From contig NC_135759.1 in NCBI RefSeq assembly GCF_052425735.1, forward strand, positions 34,100,001 through 34,164,000: a DNA stretch of 64,000 nt, written 5' to 3'. The notes under the pieces were generated by a model, which was not told where the DNA came from, searched no databases, and saw nothing but the letters and a program-made list of their open reading frames with translations. Shown here piece by piece: positions 1 through 13,768 of the stretch. Made by a program: the position numbers and the translations under genes. Source of the DNA: Oculina patagonica. Its lineage: Eukaryota. The first letter of the stretch is position 1. Every line of letters begins with the position of its first letter.

Positions 1-1390
1 TCAATACTTGATATATTTAATTTATTTAAATTTAAATGATGTAATAAAAACCCAGCACAAAGTACATGAGAAAAGAGCAAAATTGCAGTAACAAGTTTGA
101 ATGCTTCTTCTAGACTTTCAGTTACTTTGGAAGCAATGCAAAGAATAGCGAATTGAAAAGAAAGACCAACGCCTAGAACAGGCTACAAGTCTAATAAGTG
201 GCAAAGTTCTATTTACTATTCAAAGCAAAGCGTTTTGTTTGATTTAATAACATGCGAAACTCGCTCAAACATGACACTTGTCCGCCCCGTTCTTTGTAGT
301 TCGAGCTCTTTTGTGCATTTGTTTCACATTAGTTCTCTTCAAACTCCAGCAGGGTTTATTTTTGATAATATCTTTATAAAAAAAAAGTTTGATTGTTCGT
401 ACAGTAAATGAGCGTCCTAATGTATCATCTCTCAGCTGGAGGGTTTTATGAATGTTTTTATTCCTTGCTGTGCCGAGCAACTGCATTTTTATTCTTCTTG
501 TTTTTACCCCCAGGCTTTACATTTGAGTTATTATCTATTGTTTTTAAAATAATTAATTCGTATTTCAGTACGTTGCCACGTAAAAGCGTCTTGCAAATTA
601 TGGAAGCAAATGTTCAGATGTTGTATAATTCCAAACGCTTTGAACTTAAGCTCTTTGCGAAATTTGCCTTCGAAAACAATGAACAAAATATACCTCTTTG
701 GTGGTTTATCTAAAAAGAAATGAGTTTGTGACAGAAGGCGTTCCTTGTTCTAATTAACATACAATATTAACCGCAGGTAAAAACAAACTCGCCCTATCCT
801 TGTTATCTTGAATGTTCTTGTAGAATTAGTCATTTTTTTATTTAAAGTGTTCCGTGCTTTCTGCTTCAAAATGGCATATAAATATTCATTCTTATTTATT
901 TGGCAGGGAAAGCCGCTATTTTGGAAGCTGCAGAGTTACATGTCAAAATGTCGTGACTTTGATATATACTGATTCTAGAAAATACAGCTTTCCAGCACTT
1001 CGAAATTTGTGGAACATTCTTGTTTCTCTGAAATTGATGCTTGATTCGTCTCTGATATACAGTATTCAACACTCTTGCATACAATTTTAAGTTTTGTTTA
1101 GCATTCAAGTTTAAATGTTTAAAATATCTTATTATACTTTTTGTAATTTCATTTCTATTAAAGAATAACTTTTGCGGTTTTTCTCCACAATATTACGATA
1201 AATATATTTCCATCAAATTGCGTAAGTCATAAGCCAATATCTCGGTAATTATTATATTGAATGCTTCTCGCAGTACCTTTCCATAAAACCTAAAAGTAAG
1301 AATTTCCATTTGTTTGTGATCATTTTCGCTTGGTTGCAGAATTAAATGGCTACATTAAATTGAAACAAAAACTGAAAGACTGCGTTCGTT

Positions 1391-2449
1391 CTAGTCGTTT
1401 GCAGCACTAGTTGTAGGTTCCGCATCCTCGGATGGCCCTAATTTCTGTCGAACGCTGTTCCTTATAAATTGCAGTGCTTCAGTACTTTGTGTCATAAATT
1501 TGTCAAGTAAAGTTAAATTTCCACGGCTGCCTGATTTTGAAGGCAAATGCGTCAAGTTTCGCTTTCTATGGTTTCTTGTATGTGACAAATCCGATGTCGA
1601 CCGTGCTCTTCTACCTGCCAAAGGTGGTGTTCGCTTGGCCAACCCTTCCGCTGTTTCAACTCGTAAATCCCACTGGCTAGCTGCTGTTGAAGTGGGAAAC
1701 CGGCTAGATCTCAAACGATGCGTTTGCCGGGAGGTTTCCTCGTTAATTCTTAAATTACTCCTCGACAAGAGTTTAAAATCAAGTTGTGCCACCTCTGGTA
1801 GTCTTGAATACTCAGACAATAGCTGTACATCATCGTCGTCGTGCGATGGTTTCCCGTTCAAAACGCGCTCCGACCGCAACGCAATTAGCAGTGCTTGCTT
1901 CTGCGCTTGAGACTGGCGAAGCTGCGACTTCACCAGCCTTATCTCCGACGCCAGCTCGTTCTGCCTGTTCCTCATATCGTTCACTGTGTCTTCTAACGTT
2001 TCAATGAACGCTCTACTTTCTTCTATGCTATCGTACGGCCCGGGCGGATCATCGAAGCAAAAGAACTCCACTGCCGGTTGCGCTGATATTACATCCTGCC
2101 TTATTATCACATTGTCGATGTACTCTTGAAGTCCTAGCTTTCTCATTTCGATGAAAGCAGGGTCAAAGTTATCTCCAAAATATTTTTTAGGTGGAAGGGC
2201 GCCGTTAAAATCATTAAAAAGTTTCCTCAATCCTTCGTCCATGCGAACGAAGTCGGAGTATCTTCGGAAAACATGCCAACTTCGCTCACTTCCCAGTTGT
2301 ACAAAGATCTGGTACACCGTAAATCGTTTCCTCGCTTCCACAACCTCGTAGCCGACAATCGGAGCGTGAATATCTAGTTCCTCGATCGGTTGAAAAGATT
2401 CAAATTTGTGCTCGTTGTCGTCAGAATCTCTGCTTGCCTCTTCAGCCAT
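1391..2449 (-). CDS. SNX16: Sorting nexin-16-like protein (PX domain + coiled coil), intronless, 352 aa from ATG 2449
   Basis: Single long ORF. PX motifs YEVVEARKRFTVYQI, VFRRYSDF, LPPKKYFGDNFDPAFIEMRKLGLQEY are followed by FFCFDDPPGPYDSIEESRAFIETLEDT, matching the SNX16 post-PX DDPPGPFDSLEESRAF coiled-coil start as I recall it. In-frame upstream stop at 2501-2503. Confidence 0.9.
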   Translation of the reverse strand: MAEEASRDSDDNEHKFESFQPIEELDIHAPIVGYEVVEARKRFTVYQIFVQLGSERSWHVFRRYSDFVRMDEGLRKLFNDFNGALPPKKYFGDNFDPAFIEMRKLGLQEYIDNVIIRQDVISAQPAVEFFCFDDPPGPYDSIEESRAFIETLEDTVNDMRNRQNELASEIRLVKSQLRQSQAQKQALLIALRSERVLNGKPSHDDDDVQLLSEYSRLPEVAQLDFKLLSRSNLRINEETSRQTHRLRSSRFPTSTAASQWDLRVETAEGLAKRTPPLAGRRARSTSDLSHTRNHRKRNLTHLPSKSGSRGNLTLLDKFMTQSTEALQFIRNSVRQKLGPSEDAEPTTSAAND

Positions 2450-3985
2450 GTGCACTTTTTCAAAAAGTTCAATTTTCCATCTTTTGGCATTGAAAGGAAG
2501 CTACCGGCTTCAGATCCTCAATATTATGGTCTCATCACTCATTGTTCATGTTGAAAACGTATTTTCATTTTGCGTCACGTTCGAATATATTTTGGTTTCA
2601 ACTCAGGTGTCAAGTATATTCAGATGTTGTGTAAGGTGTTTTTATTTGAGTTTTCACTTGTAGACAATTTCAATTTCCAATTCAAATGAGGCGGCTCCGA
2701 TACACTTCACTGCACATTCAACAATGTGCACACGCAGCTGGTATTGTGTTTAACCGCTGGTTATTATTTTAACTCAGCTGTCAATGACCCCAGTGAGAAC
2801 AAAAAATTTCTTAAAAAGTATACTTTTTTAAATAAAAAGTCATGTTTTAGTTTATAATCTGGTAACGCTCGCAACGTTGTTTTTTAGCCAAGGTGTATTT
2901 ATTTTATTTTTTTAATTTTAGTAAAGCTCATTGGCCAAAATCCATCTTTCAACTGATACTGAACAAATTACAGTGTCTGTTTTTCAATATAACTTTTTAA
3001 ATTACAAATTTAGTTCGCAGCTCGTAAGGAGATAGGGTTGGCCAATTTTCAGTTGATAAAGCAATTCTTGAAAGGATTGTTCTCATCTTTTTGAAAATGA
3101 ATTTAAAAAAAAAGAAAAAGGAAATAGGTATTTTAAAATCCCGTATTTCGAATAAAGTGTAAAATCTACTGTCCAAGTGTCAATCCTTTACTACATTACA
3201 CTTCGTCAATATTTACCTGGAACTTTAATCACTATGGAAACAACCTCCTATATTACATTTGAGCGGCTACCAATACAATTGTCTAAATTTTAAAGACAAT
3301 AAGTGCTTTTTGTGATGTCGGAAGGATATGTTTAAGGCAACACCGACACAACTTGATTTTAATCATGATAAACTAACTTGAGCAAACTTTTAAAAAAATT
3401 GGGTGTTGAAGATACACGTATGCGTAAACTTAGCCTTTTGGCCAAGAGTACATGACCAACGAATCCCTCAGTATATCAGTTATCTATTTTTAAAAACCTG
3501 GTGATACCTGAATGTTTACCACGAACTCGATAAACGTTTACCAGGACATGCAGTGAAAAAAAGGTCCTCCGTTTGAACCAAAATTCAGTTGAAATTTAAC
3601 AAACTCCGTGAAAGTAAATTCTTTAAGCGTCTTTTTTCGCACCCAGGAGATTTGCCGTGCCATTTGGAACTCTTATGAGAAACGTATACATCTTAATTTT
3701 AACAACAGGGGGGAGTTAATCTACCAGGACCAGAGAGGTCAACTCCAGGGAGAGCGTAATAACTTACTGTTGTGGTTTGTGATTCTAAGTCCAGTGACCC
3801 AGTGACCAAAATCCCATTTTCCCAGTGAAAAATAGGCAAATCCCAGTTCTCAATTTTACTCCTTCAGGCCCCTCGTACAGAGGGGTGTTGAAAACATTTT
3901 GTTCAGCAAATGGCTTCTAGTAATGCAGATCTGATGCAAGTGACCGATATTAAATTCAATTATTCTATTCTTTGAATTCCTCTAG

Positions 3986-4296
3986 ACCCATTTGTCAAGG
4001 TTTCCCTGATGCTAGCCGGTCGTCAAATGAAGAAGACAAAGACCTCCGTGGCAAGAAACACCCTACTTCCGGTCTATAATGAGGCATTCGTCTTTGACGT
4101 CCCAATCGACCGCCTGAGTGACGTCAGCTTGCTAGTACGCGTGCTCGATAACGGGGATGGGAAGCGGCCCAGGACTATTGGCAAGTCCATTGTGGGACCT
4201 GATGCTCAGACCAGCATTGGATTGCATCACTGGAACTGTATGATGACCACTCCAAGGAAACCCATTGCACAATGGCATCCATTGGTGAAAACATGA
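3986..4296 (+). CDS. Terminal coding exon of a synaptotagmin-like gene (C-terminal part of C2B domain); upstream exons not seen in window
   Basis: Acceptor ttcctctag at 3985, then (D)PFVKVSLMLAGRQMKKTKTSVARNTLLPVYNEAFVFDVP...GLHHWNCMMTTPRKPIAQWHPL*. This has the C2B DPFVKV, polybasic KKxKT, PxYNEAFxF motifs and the C-terminal WHxL motif. Confidence 0.9.
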
Positions 4297-5965
4297 CCGG
4301 CGATCAAGAATATATCAGAAAACTGAGTTGGAACACTTCTGTAACAATTATTTACCCATAAACCGCTGTTTAGCTTTAAGCTTGGTGAACTGGGTGCAAG
4401 CGAAATATAATTTGAAAACGCTGCTCAACAAAATAAAAATTGAAAACGCGGCTCAACACTGTTTATCAGTGTTCAATTTAACCACTTACGGGAACCTCCC
4501 CAATAAATATATTTTTTGAAAATGGCCAAGTTAAATTTAACGATTTATTCACTGTCCGGCCGGGCTCAGTAAAAGGGAAAGACTAAGAGGAGAAAATCTT
4601 TGATATATGAATGTAATTTATTGAAGTGTTTTTGAGGTTTTTAAAAAACGGTTTATATCCTATTATATATATTCAGTGTAATGTTTGGGTTTTATAAAGA
4701 ATATTTTTGAACGACGATGGGGATATTGATCAATAATGGATAACACTGCTTTTAAGAAATAAATTTTGACAAGAGGTCCTCTCTTGTTTTTTTGACTTTT
4801 TTGGGATAGAGTTCGAAAATATCAGAAAATTGAAGAATTTGTTATTTGAAGTAGTTTCCCTGATGCACCTTATAATTTCGCGAAAGAATTGCACCTCGTC
4901 TGTAATGTGGTCGACTGGAGGAAAACACTTGACGTTAGAGTTTTGAGCCGGAGTAGTACCTTGTACTGAAGCAACGACCACCTAAAAACAAATATTTGGA
5001 AACATTGCATCGTGGTTTGAAGAGGGGAACCTCTATCGACTATGACTTCCCGAGGCCGTTGCTAAAAGTTTCGCGTAAAGTTGCACCATGTAACAAAACA
5101 GGTCTTGATCACTGCCTAACTTATCTTATTTCACGAACATAAAAAATAAACGTCGCCATTGTAAACTCTACGTACAAGAGAATAAGGAAGGCAGTGTTAT
5201 TTATTGCTTGTTTATTTATTTTATTTACAGCAGTAGTTACATGTTGGTTTACACTCCATAGGAATTTCAGTACTCTTAAACCCGATAGAGGTACTCATAT
5301 TATTCAATACGCTTGCATTTTTTTCTTTTCAGTTGACATGCAGAGAACAAAATGTGACAAATCTAGTTAAGTTTGTAAAAGTGTATGTGGTATATATTAT
5401 CTGCGCCTTCCCAATTTGTATGCGATTTTTTATGTTGAATTAAATATTTTTTTGTAAAAACCTTAACTTTTCTAATTCTTGTAACTTTTATAATATTAAA
5501 TAAACGGCAATGTGTCACATTTGCCCTAAATCTCTTCAATGAGTTTGAGCTAAAATCAAAGTCATTTTCCTCAAGCATTTTTCAGGCTTTCATGTCCAGT
5601 TTACAGATGACTTACTATAAAATTAACAATTGAAACGTCTGGTATAAACAGCACCAAATTTACAAAATCGTTCTCATACTAGGTTGCTTTTATGTCTCGT
5701 GTCTCGCACGACTCGAAAATCGTATGAGATTAACACTTCCTCAAAGCCTGAAAATTTAAACAGGGACATTTTGCAGCCTTTCCAGTATTTATATCTCAGC
5801 TTTCGAATGCATTTAGCTCTTCCTGTTTGGAAGACGCCTTCATTTCCTTTGCAATATCTTCCTTTCAATGACATCTCGTTTCAGCTGTGATAGCCTGGAT
5901 GCTTGTTGTGTTTATCTCAGTTTCGACGATAAAATTACCGGATTTCTGTTCACTCGAAACTCTTT

Positions 5966-7918
5966 TTAATCCAGTTGTAATGCCAGCCATAGAAAGTTCT
6001 GGCCCATTATTCTTCGGTTTATTTCCTGCAGCGCGCTGGGAAATCTTGACAACAATTCTGGTGGAACAGCATTTTTGTCCGCTTGCCGCTTTGTTGACGA
6101 GGACAGACCAGTTTGCAAACGAGGCATTCTCTTGCATCGTTTCTTTCTGTTTGGCGCTCTGACCACCGTTGACCGTCGTTTCTCGGGTTTGAAACTCGGC
6201 TGTTCTGACAGTGCTCCTGACATTAGGGTCTGCGCAAAAATAAAAAATAACAACTTTATTTTTTAGTCTTCTGCAATCTTTAGCCTGTAATGACAGTGGC
6301 CTTTTGCCAACCAGCCATTTCAAAGCCATTGTTTTTAACGAGATAACGCCTTGAAGATTTTAAAAAAAGAAAACTCCCATTTAAACTGAAAGGACTGAAA
6401 GGGCATGTTCACAGTGTACTAAAACCACTAAATAAATAAACACACGTTACTAAACTCAACCAGCTTCGCTGAAAATCTCAACGGCTGTTAATAACCAGGC
6501 TGTTAGTTTCCTGAGGCCCTCTGTGAAATTTCTCAGATGATCAAGAAAGGAGGACGTGAGACCGGCCACACGAAGTCGCCAGCGCGTATCACGTCTTTTA
6601 TTGGTCTCGTTCATTTTAGCAAAATATAAAGGGAACGTTTGAGAAAATTGATAGAGGGAATGTCTATAGAAGTCTTTTTTGATTTTCACAAAAAATACAA
6701 GACAATTACCTTGTGTTCTTGAAGCGGTTTTGACTGCTCCTGGATTTCCCGCAATTCTTTTTTCCTCTTTTTATTTTCCAGACGAGAATAAAGCTGTGCT
6801 CGGTATTCTAATTCAACGAAGGCAATATATTTATCAGATCATTAAAAAGACACTGAGCTGAATAAATAACGATGTCGAAAATTTATTTTAACATCTCTTA
6901 ATTTCGCGTGGTATTACTGTTTTGATAATATACCTGAAAAACGTTTTCCACCAATGTATCGGTTTGCATCTTCTAGCACATGACCACATACGCATGACCT
7001 TGATGATTCTGTAATCTGTGAATTAGATTGTATCCCTGGTCAGTTTCCATGCAATTTCAGTCCTCATATCAGCCCAAATAAGGCTGCTTACTCGGTAAAT
7101 GTCGTTTACCGACACTCAGCCGATACTCTACCGACAGATATCACCGAAATTCGGCCTTATAAGGTACGAATGATACGTAAAATTCTACATCGTTTCCCGA
7201 CTTAAGATTCCCGCAATATTTTTTGGATAAATAACATTTGACCTGAACAGCCGGGTTCTTCTGAAACGGAAACTGGAACAGCGTTCCACTAATCTCGAAT
7301 GCCGTTATCGTTTTGCCCTGTTTAGTTGTCTTTAAATGTCAAAAGGTTTTCTGAGAAAGAAAGTGATAGCACTAAGAGAGATCAACTCAATTACTTGAAA
7401 TCGATCGTGCAAGGATCTTTACTCAGAACTGAAACGATGTATACCCTTCCTCATAGTTCAGTCCTGATATCGCTTTGACCGGTGTCACCTTTACATGCAG
7501 TCTGTAATTTCCGTACGGAAATCAATGTTTAAAAATTTGTAGATGGGCATGCATTCGTGACATTCGTATTTGTTTTATTTTTTTGCACAGCCATCCAAAT
7601 AATTATTTCTTTTGGTGAAATGGATCCGCGAAAATGGATGATGATAAAAATGGCAGAGTACCGTGATTTAGTCACGAAATATTACATCACCATTGCATCT
7701 TGCAAAATTTGCAGTTTCTACAATATTCAGTCGACCGCAAAATGCCGGACGCTTTAAACAAAGCAAGTCGCAGCCATGCAAATAAATTTAAAATTTAAAA
7801 ATATTATGTAACTGGAATTTGCGATGGAAGAAATCGTGACAATCATTTACTATACGTTCATATTGTGGTACAGGGTTCTTACCAGTATGTTACAAGCAAG
7901 ACACTGTCGTAGCACCAT
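5966..7918 (-). CDS. C16orf87: UPF0547/C16orf87-like zinc-ribbon protein, paralog A (159 aa, 4 exons)
   Basis: Exons 7883-7918 (MVLRQCLACNIL), 6934-7015 (ITESSRSCVCGHVLEDANRYIGGKRFS), 6710-6807 (EYRAQLYSRLENKKRKK..), 5966-6229 (..PPELLSRFPSALQEINRRIMGQNFLWLALQLD*). All introns GT-AG, phases 0/1/0, frame intact. Confidence 0.85.
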
Positions 7919-8022
7919 GACTCAGCCTTTTTTCGTCTTCTTCAATTGCAATCTTTTATTAAACTCTCTTTGCTTGGCAACGCTCGACTCCTGACTGCTT
8001 TGTTGTGGCCGAGTGTTATCAG

Positions 8023-8055
8023 TTTTATAGCTGTGGCAAGCCAGGTGTGACGTCA
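8023..8055 (-). promoter_or_regulatory. TATA box + CRE of paralog A
   Basis: TATAAAA (minus strand, 8023-8029) and perfect TGACGTCA at 8048-8055, 130 bp upstream of ATG. Confidence 0.65.
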
Positions 8056-9060
8056 GCTTCTAAAATAGCAACAGCCACATGACAACCGTGACGTGTCATG
8101 ACGACACAAATCTATATTCATCCATGAATCTAAACATTCAAGGCTTTTGTTTCTGCCGCGGTGTCGCAATATCCACAGCACTTTCTGCACTTTGGACAAA
8201 ATTAAAGCTGAAACAAAACACTACAACGGAAGCACGGTTTGCATCTGATCCATTTTGAGAAAAATATATTTAGTTACGGGAACAAAAATAACAAAAAAAG
8301 ATCCGAGATTGAATATAACCGACAGCGTTTGTCTGTTGTTCTGTAGACATGAAAAGCGATTTGCAAGTCGAATCAACTACTAATTTGTCATCAAATCATC
8401 TCAGTTTGAGAGGTATTCTCTGTGCTCCTCTCACGGAGGAAAAAGAGATTCTGTCGTTTGAAGGCTTTTATTGGGTTTTTATTCTACAGTACTGTACCAG
8501 TTTAATGATTATACGGACGGTGTACAATATTCTCGTCAGTTCTATTTACTATGCTGTTTGCAGTAAGCATGACAACAGTGACAACCACTTAATAATCCTT
8601 TTTATCATGAAAACTATTTATCGTATCAGAAAATAAACTTGTGCAGACTTGCATGTAGCCTGTTTAAGCAGGCAGAATTCACCTGTTCTTTGTTCCTGAA
8701 ACTTAAAACAAGCGAATAAACTGACTGCTTTTGCAGGCTAAAAGACCTGGCAGCACGTTAAATTATGCGCCTGACAATGCAACTGACCCAAAGCAGCAAA
8801 CACTTAGGACAACAATTACAACAAAATATTGTATCCTTTTATGATTATAGCAAACGTTTACTGTGCGTATACGTGGGCTAGAAAAGTGGACATGACAGTT
8901 TTCAGTTTGGTGTCGTATATTAAAGCTTTGATATTTATTTTTTAAATTCTTTTTGAATGTAGAAAAGGAATCATGAGAGCCCGCTATTCGCGTCTTCAAG
9001 TAACTATCGGTACCCACACGATGTGTCAAGCCACGCTTCACTGTGTTATCTAACTTGTCT

Positions 9061-9290
9061 TAACCGACCTTCACACGACAAACTAAAGTTGGCAAACTCA
9101 AGTTGGTGTGTGTGAACGACACAACAACAGTCCGTAGACAAGTTGGCAAACTGTTGGCGAGAATAGAGACAAGGTCTATTTGTCGCCAACTGTTGACCAA
9201 CTTGTTTGCCGTTGTTGCATCGTTTTAACACACCAACGTCAGTTTGCCAACAAGAGTTGGCCATTAGTTTGTCGTGTGAAGGCCGCTTTA
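9061..9290. mobile_element. MITE (PIF/Harbinger-like)
   Basis: Inverted repeats ccttcacacgacaaacta (9068-9085) / tagtttgtcgtgtgaagg (9265-9282), TAA/TTA flanks. Absent from the duplicated unit near 15610. Confidence 0.7.
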
Positions 9291-10173
9291 GGCTTAGCAC
9301 TCCGCTTGCTATACGACAGGGTACTTGTCAGAGGTTTGGGTGGAAGTGTACCAATTTGATATTAAAATCTTTTTTTTTAATTAATTCAGACCTTACGTTG
9401 CTAGAACTTTTGAACCCAACTGTTAACCTTCACTGGCGAGACAGCCAAATTCACTGACATACTCTTTGCAACTTTTTTTTTCCTAAGTATCACTAACGCT
9501 ACAGAGTCGATGTTGATTTTTAAGCCCCTTTCAGTATTCGAACAGTTTAAAATTATCAAAGGCATCAGTACTGTGAAGTATATCACTGCCTCTTTCGAAT
9601 CGCCTGCGTCTAGACGTCCCGAATTTTCTTCCTGTACGACGAATGCTATCTAAAAATAACCTACTCGCGAATCTGATGGGGTACATACTAACACGACAGG
9701 GACATCGAGTTAAGGTTATGGAAGTGATGAAAGTAATAAAGTTGTAATTAGAAAATTGCGGTATTCTGATATCTTGAATCAGGGGGAAAACCCAGCCGGC
9801 ATACCAGAAAAAAAAATTACTGATCTCTTTATATGTTTTGTTACAGAAATAGTACACAGATTCTGTTGCGAAGTGGTATCCCCTTATAATATCTAATAAT
9901 AGTATAAATAGTCTAATATCTCCGTCAGGTAAGTCGCATTTGACCCATTTTGTATTCCCTGTGTCCCAAGTGGCATATTTCCATTTATAGGTCATTTATC
10001 AAACCCTCTAGAGGGTGTCGAGGGAGATATCTTCCTGCAGCGAAGGTAGAACATTTTCCGTTGATACTTTTTTGAAACTGTATCCGTTTATAGTCCTCTA
10101 AGAGCTGAGAATTCTTGCATTTGTTCACCACTTTCAGTTGCTTGGACTTCCTTGTCAGGACTCTGATCTTTGC

Positions 10174-13100
10174 CTATTCCAGTTGTAATGCCAGCCACAT
10201 AATATTCTGTCCGATTATTCTTCGGTTTATTTCCTGGAGTGCGCTGGGAAATCTTGACAACAGTTCTGGTGGAACTGTTACAGTTTTGACAGTTGTACGA
10301 TGTTGTTTCAATGCACACGGCGACTTTCTTATGTTCTTTTTACCTGACGTCCTTTTCACCACTGTTCGTCGCTTGACCGGTTTAAAGTTGGTGCGATCTG
10401 ATATTACTGACATTTGGTCCTGAAGAAATAAGACAAGTAGCAATTTAAAATAGATACACAGTTAAAAGGCTACCGGCTTTTGCGAGTGCCTCTCTCGGCT
10501 ATGAAAAAGGGTCTTAGTAAAAAGTCTTTGATATAGAAATGCTTTTCAGTAACTTGCATAATTCTTATCAAACCACTTTTTGAAATCGAAAATATAATAC
10601 TAACATCTAATTTCTCACTAGTGACTCACTACACGCTAAACAAACAGGTAATGAGAAAGGAGAATGAGTTCCAGAAAATCTTGTTGCGTCAGCTCTCGCA
10701 AAATCTTGACGTCATGAGTTTTATATAGCAAGAAGAAAACGGCTGGGTGTTAGGCTGGAAATACTCTTTCGTCAAGTTTCATTTTTGGACCAATAGAGCT
10801 CGTACAATTTTGACTATTTCATAAAATATTCGGGTACGGCAATACACAATTTAGCGGATGAGTTCCAAGAACTCGACTGTTTATAGCATCACAAACACGC
10901 TATCTCTACATACCGGTCGTTTCCTCAATTCCTCGTTGTTTAAATCTGTTTCAGCTATAAGGCAGTACTCGAAAAGGGAGCTTTGCAATTTACCATGGCA
11001 GTTAGAGATTGCATTGCCATTCTCAAGTTGACCCGATTAACCGCTCGTAGTATACTTTCTATTTGTCGTTTACTTAGCACAACGTTAACATTTTCTTTAC
11101 AAAGCAATTGTTTCTTTCCAAGCCGTTACAACGGACGCCGTCTGTAATGAGCACAGTGCAGAGCACTTATGTGATAGCGGAAGTTCTTTCGCGATGACGT
11201 ATGGCTACTGTATCATGATGCGCGAGGCGATGTCCGCAAGGCGACAGTCTCGTTTAAGGATTGCAATGAGAAAATATACTCTTAGGGATAGAGTTTTAGG
11301 CCAACAAACAACACAAAAAGTGCACTGTTCTGCTTGAAAGATTGTAAGATCATAATTGACATCAAACGCTCATAACAAAAGAGTACAGAATTCACATATT
11401 AAAAAGCTATCTTAATTATAGGCGCGCGAGTTGCATCATGATCATTTTTCTTTCAATCATTTACCTGAGGTTCTCCACATGTTTGTTGCTGATTTGTTTT
11501 CTGTTTTTTGCTTTCCCGCGCTTCTTTCTTTTTCCTTTGGCTTTCCAGACGAGAATATAACGTGGCGCGGTATTCTGGTGAAACCAAAATAAGACCTCAT
11601 GCATATGTGGTTAAACGGTGGACGTGCTTTTAAAGGTTTATGGGTGGGTGGTAATCGATGTTGAATAAGTTTCTCGCGGTAATATCTACTATTGCAGTAT
11701 TAATGGTGGGAATTATTTCTGTAGAAATTTTCTGAAGAACACTCAAAGACTTCTAACTTGAGCTTCTGGTAAAAGATTTTGCAAATAAAATTTGAGGACT
11801 GTATTTCACTGGGAGTTTAGACTTTCCAGTGTTCAAATACATTTTTCGCTGATTTTTAAGTCAGTATATTTTCCCGAGCAATTTGACGGTCAGTTAAATT
11901 TGTACAAGTAAATGTACGAAATTCATAAAACGAGGCTACCACTACCCACCACATTAACGTTAATCCCGATCGAATATTTGGTCAGCACAATCTTTTGTTA
12001 GAAATATTTAGTTTAAAGCAGGAGCTCCTGGTTTAAAGGCTGTATTTACAAACTTTATTTACACTATATTTCGCGCCATATTTGAAGCACATTTTAAAAA
12101 AATGGTCGTTTTTTCTTCAAACAAATCCCTTGAAACATTTATGCCAAGCAGGTAAGAGGGAAATGACTGTATTCAGTTTAATTTATGTATAATGCAATTT
12201 AAATACCTGAGTATCGTTTGCCACCAATATAGCGAGTCGCATCTCCGACGACGTGACCACACGCACACGATCGCGTCAGCCCTGTTATCTGTGGAGTGAA
12301 TCAGCAGTTATCAAACCAAGTCCCCACCGCCAAGAATTTCCAAGTTCAAAATTGAAAAAAAAAAAAATAATAACATTCATTTTGTAATATATTGATAATA
12401 AACAATACCACAAGGAAAATACTGCTCGATAATTTGTGTTTGGTTTGTCACACACAAGGGACTTTCACGTAAAACGACTGAGGTCAAACCAATTCAGTTG
12501 ACTTGACGAGAGGAGTGAATGGGTTAAACTTTTTATTTTAAATTATTATTATTTTAAAAATTCAGTACTAGAGTACTCTTTTGCAATACAAATCGTATCT
12601 TAAAATAGATGAAAGCTTCAAAACTGTAGAAAAGACTTCTGAGTTTATAAACAAAACAATGAAACAACAAAGAGGTTTATATGAACGAAGAATAAGCTTG
12701 AATCTACGTCATCACGATCATAATATTTGCAATTCACTTTCCGCGCTGCACAATATTTCCTTGAAATCGATGGAAAACTGAAAGTAATAGCATACTTAGG
12801 TAGAAGAATACCAAAGAGATTATTATAGACCGAAGAGGAGCAATGATGGTTAAGATTGGCGAAGATTGAGGCGGATTACGCCGGAACGACGGACTTGAAG
12901 ATTCTAGGCTTAAGTTTTTACGATATTTAACCGTCCGCGACGTGCCTTCATTATAGTTACCAACGCGTCACAGAATTCATAATTTTACTGTATTTTTTTG
13001 TAAATGAATTTAGTTTAAATAAACAATAAAAATTATCGAAAATTAACCTAAGTTCTACGTCAACCACGATGGTTATGGGGCGAAGGTTTTCGGATTTTTG

Positions 13101-13662
13101 GACTTAGTTTTGCATAATAAAGCCAATTTCGGATTGTTTTTGTGTTATGATCTCTCGAGTGCCACCTGAAATGGGTCAAAAACGCTTTTTTATCATGCCT
13201 TTTGACAGCCTCTTTAAAAGAAGCAAAATGGGCACAAATGTGTTACTCGCTTACACATGAAAGTCGTAAACAATGGAATATATGATATTCATGGGTGCAG
13301 GCCGCAGCCGACTCCGTCTTCCAATTTCCTTTGGGAAACCGATACTAGAGTACTTTAACATTTTATTATGTCCAGCGAACCAAAATTCTGTGGATGTCCC
13401 TTTAGTTCTGAGAAATGCTCTCCACAGGATGAAAATAGAACTCCGATGCAAAATAAGCAGGGATTTTTTGATAGGGGGCAAATACTGTAGTCGCCTGTTA
13501 AATTCACCACGGAAATTAAGCAGGTCAGAGCCTGGCCCAAATTAAAACATTATCATTATATTATGAAACTTGAATTGCATAAATGCTCGAGATATGTAAG
13601 TAGTTGACCAAGTAGGTCTCACTTACCAACGTATTACAGGCGAGACACTGTTGAAGTACCAT
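10174..13662 (-). CDS. C16orf87: UPF0547/C16orf87-like protein, paralog B (157 aa, 4 exons)
   Basis: Exons 13627-13662 (MVLQQCLACNTL), 12207-12288 (ITGLTRSCACGHVVGDATRYIGGKRYS), 11465-11574 (EYRATLYSRLESQRKKK..), 10174-10419 (..RFPSALQEINRRIIGQNIMWLALQLE*). GT-AG, in frame. Confidence 0.85.
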
Positions 13663-13768
13663 GACTCAGTTTATTTTGTGTCCAGTTCACTATCGTAATT
13701 TTCTTCCCGCAAACTTCTTTGCTTGATGACGAACCAGTTGTAACTGCTTTGTTTTGATATTGTTTTTA

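Noticed and set aside
5865-6329. Overlapping alternative-frame and antisense ORFs over exon 4 (also at 10088-10423, 17008-17316, 56246-56494)
   Set aside because: Shadow frames of the real exon. Only the SALQEINRR frame is conserved across paralogs.
9531-9995. 154-aa minus-strand ORF downstream of B
   Set aside because: No recognisable domain, and the duplicated counterpart (~16450-16890) is disrupted by indels.
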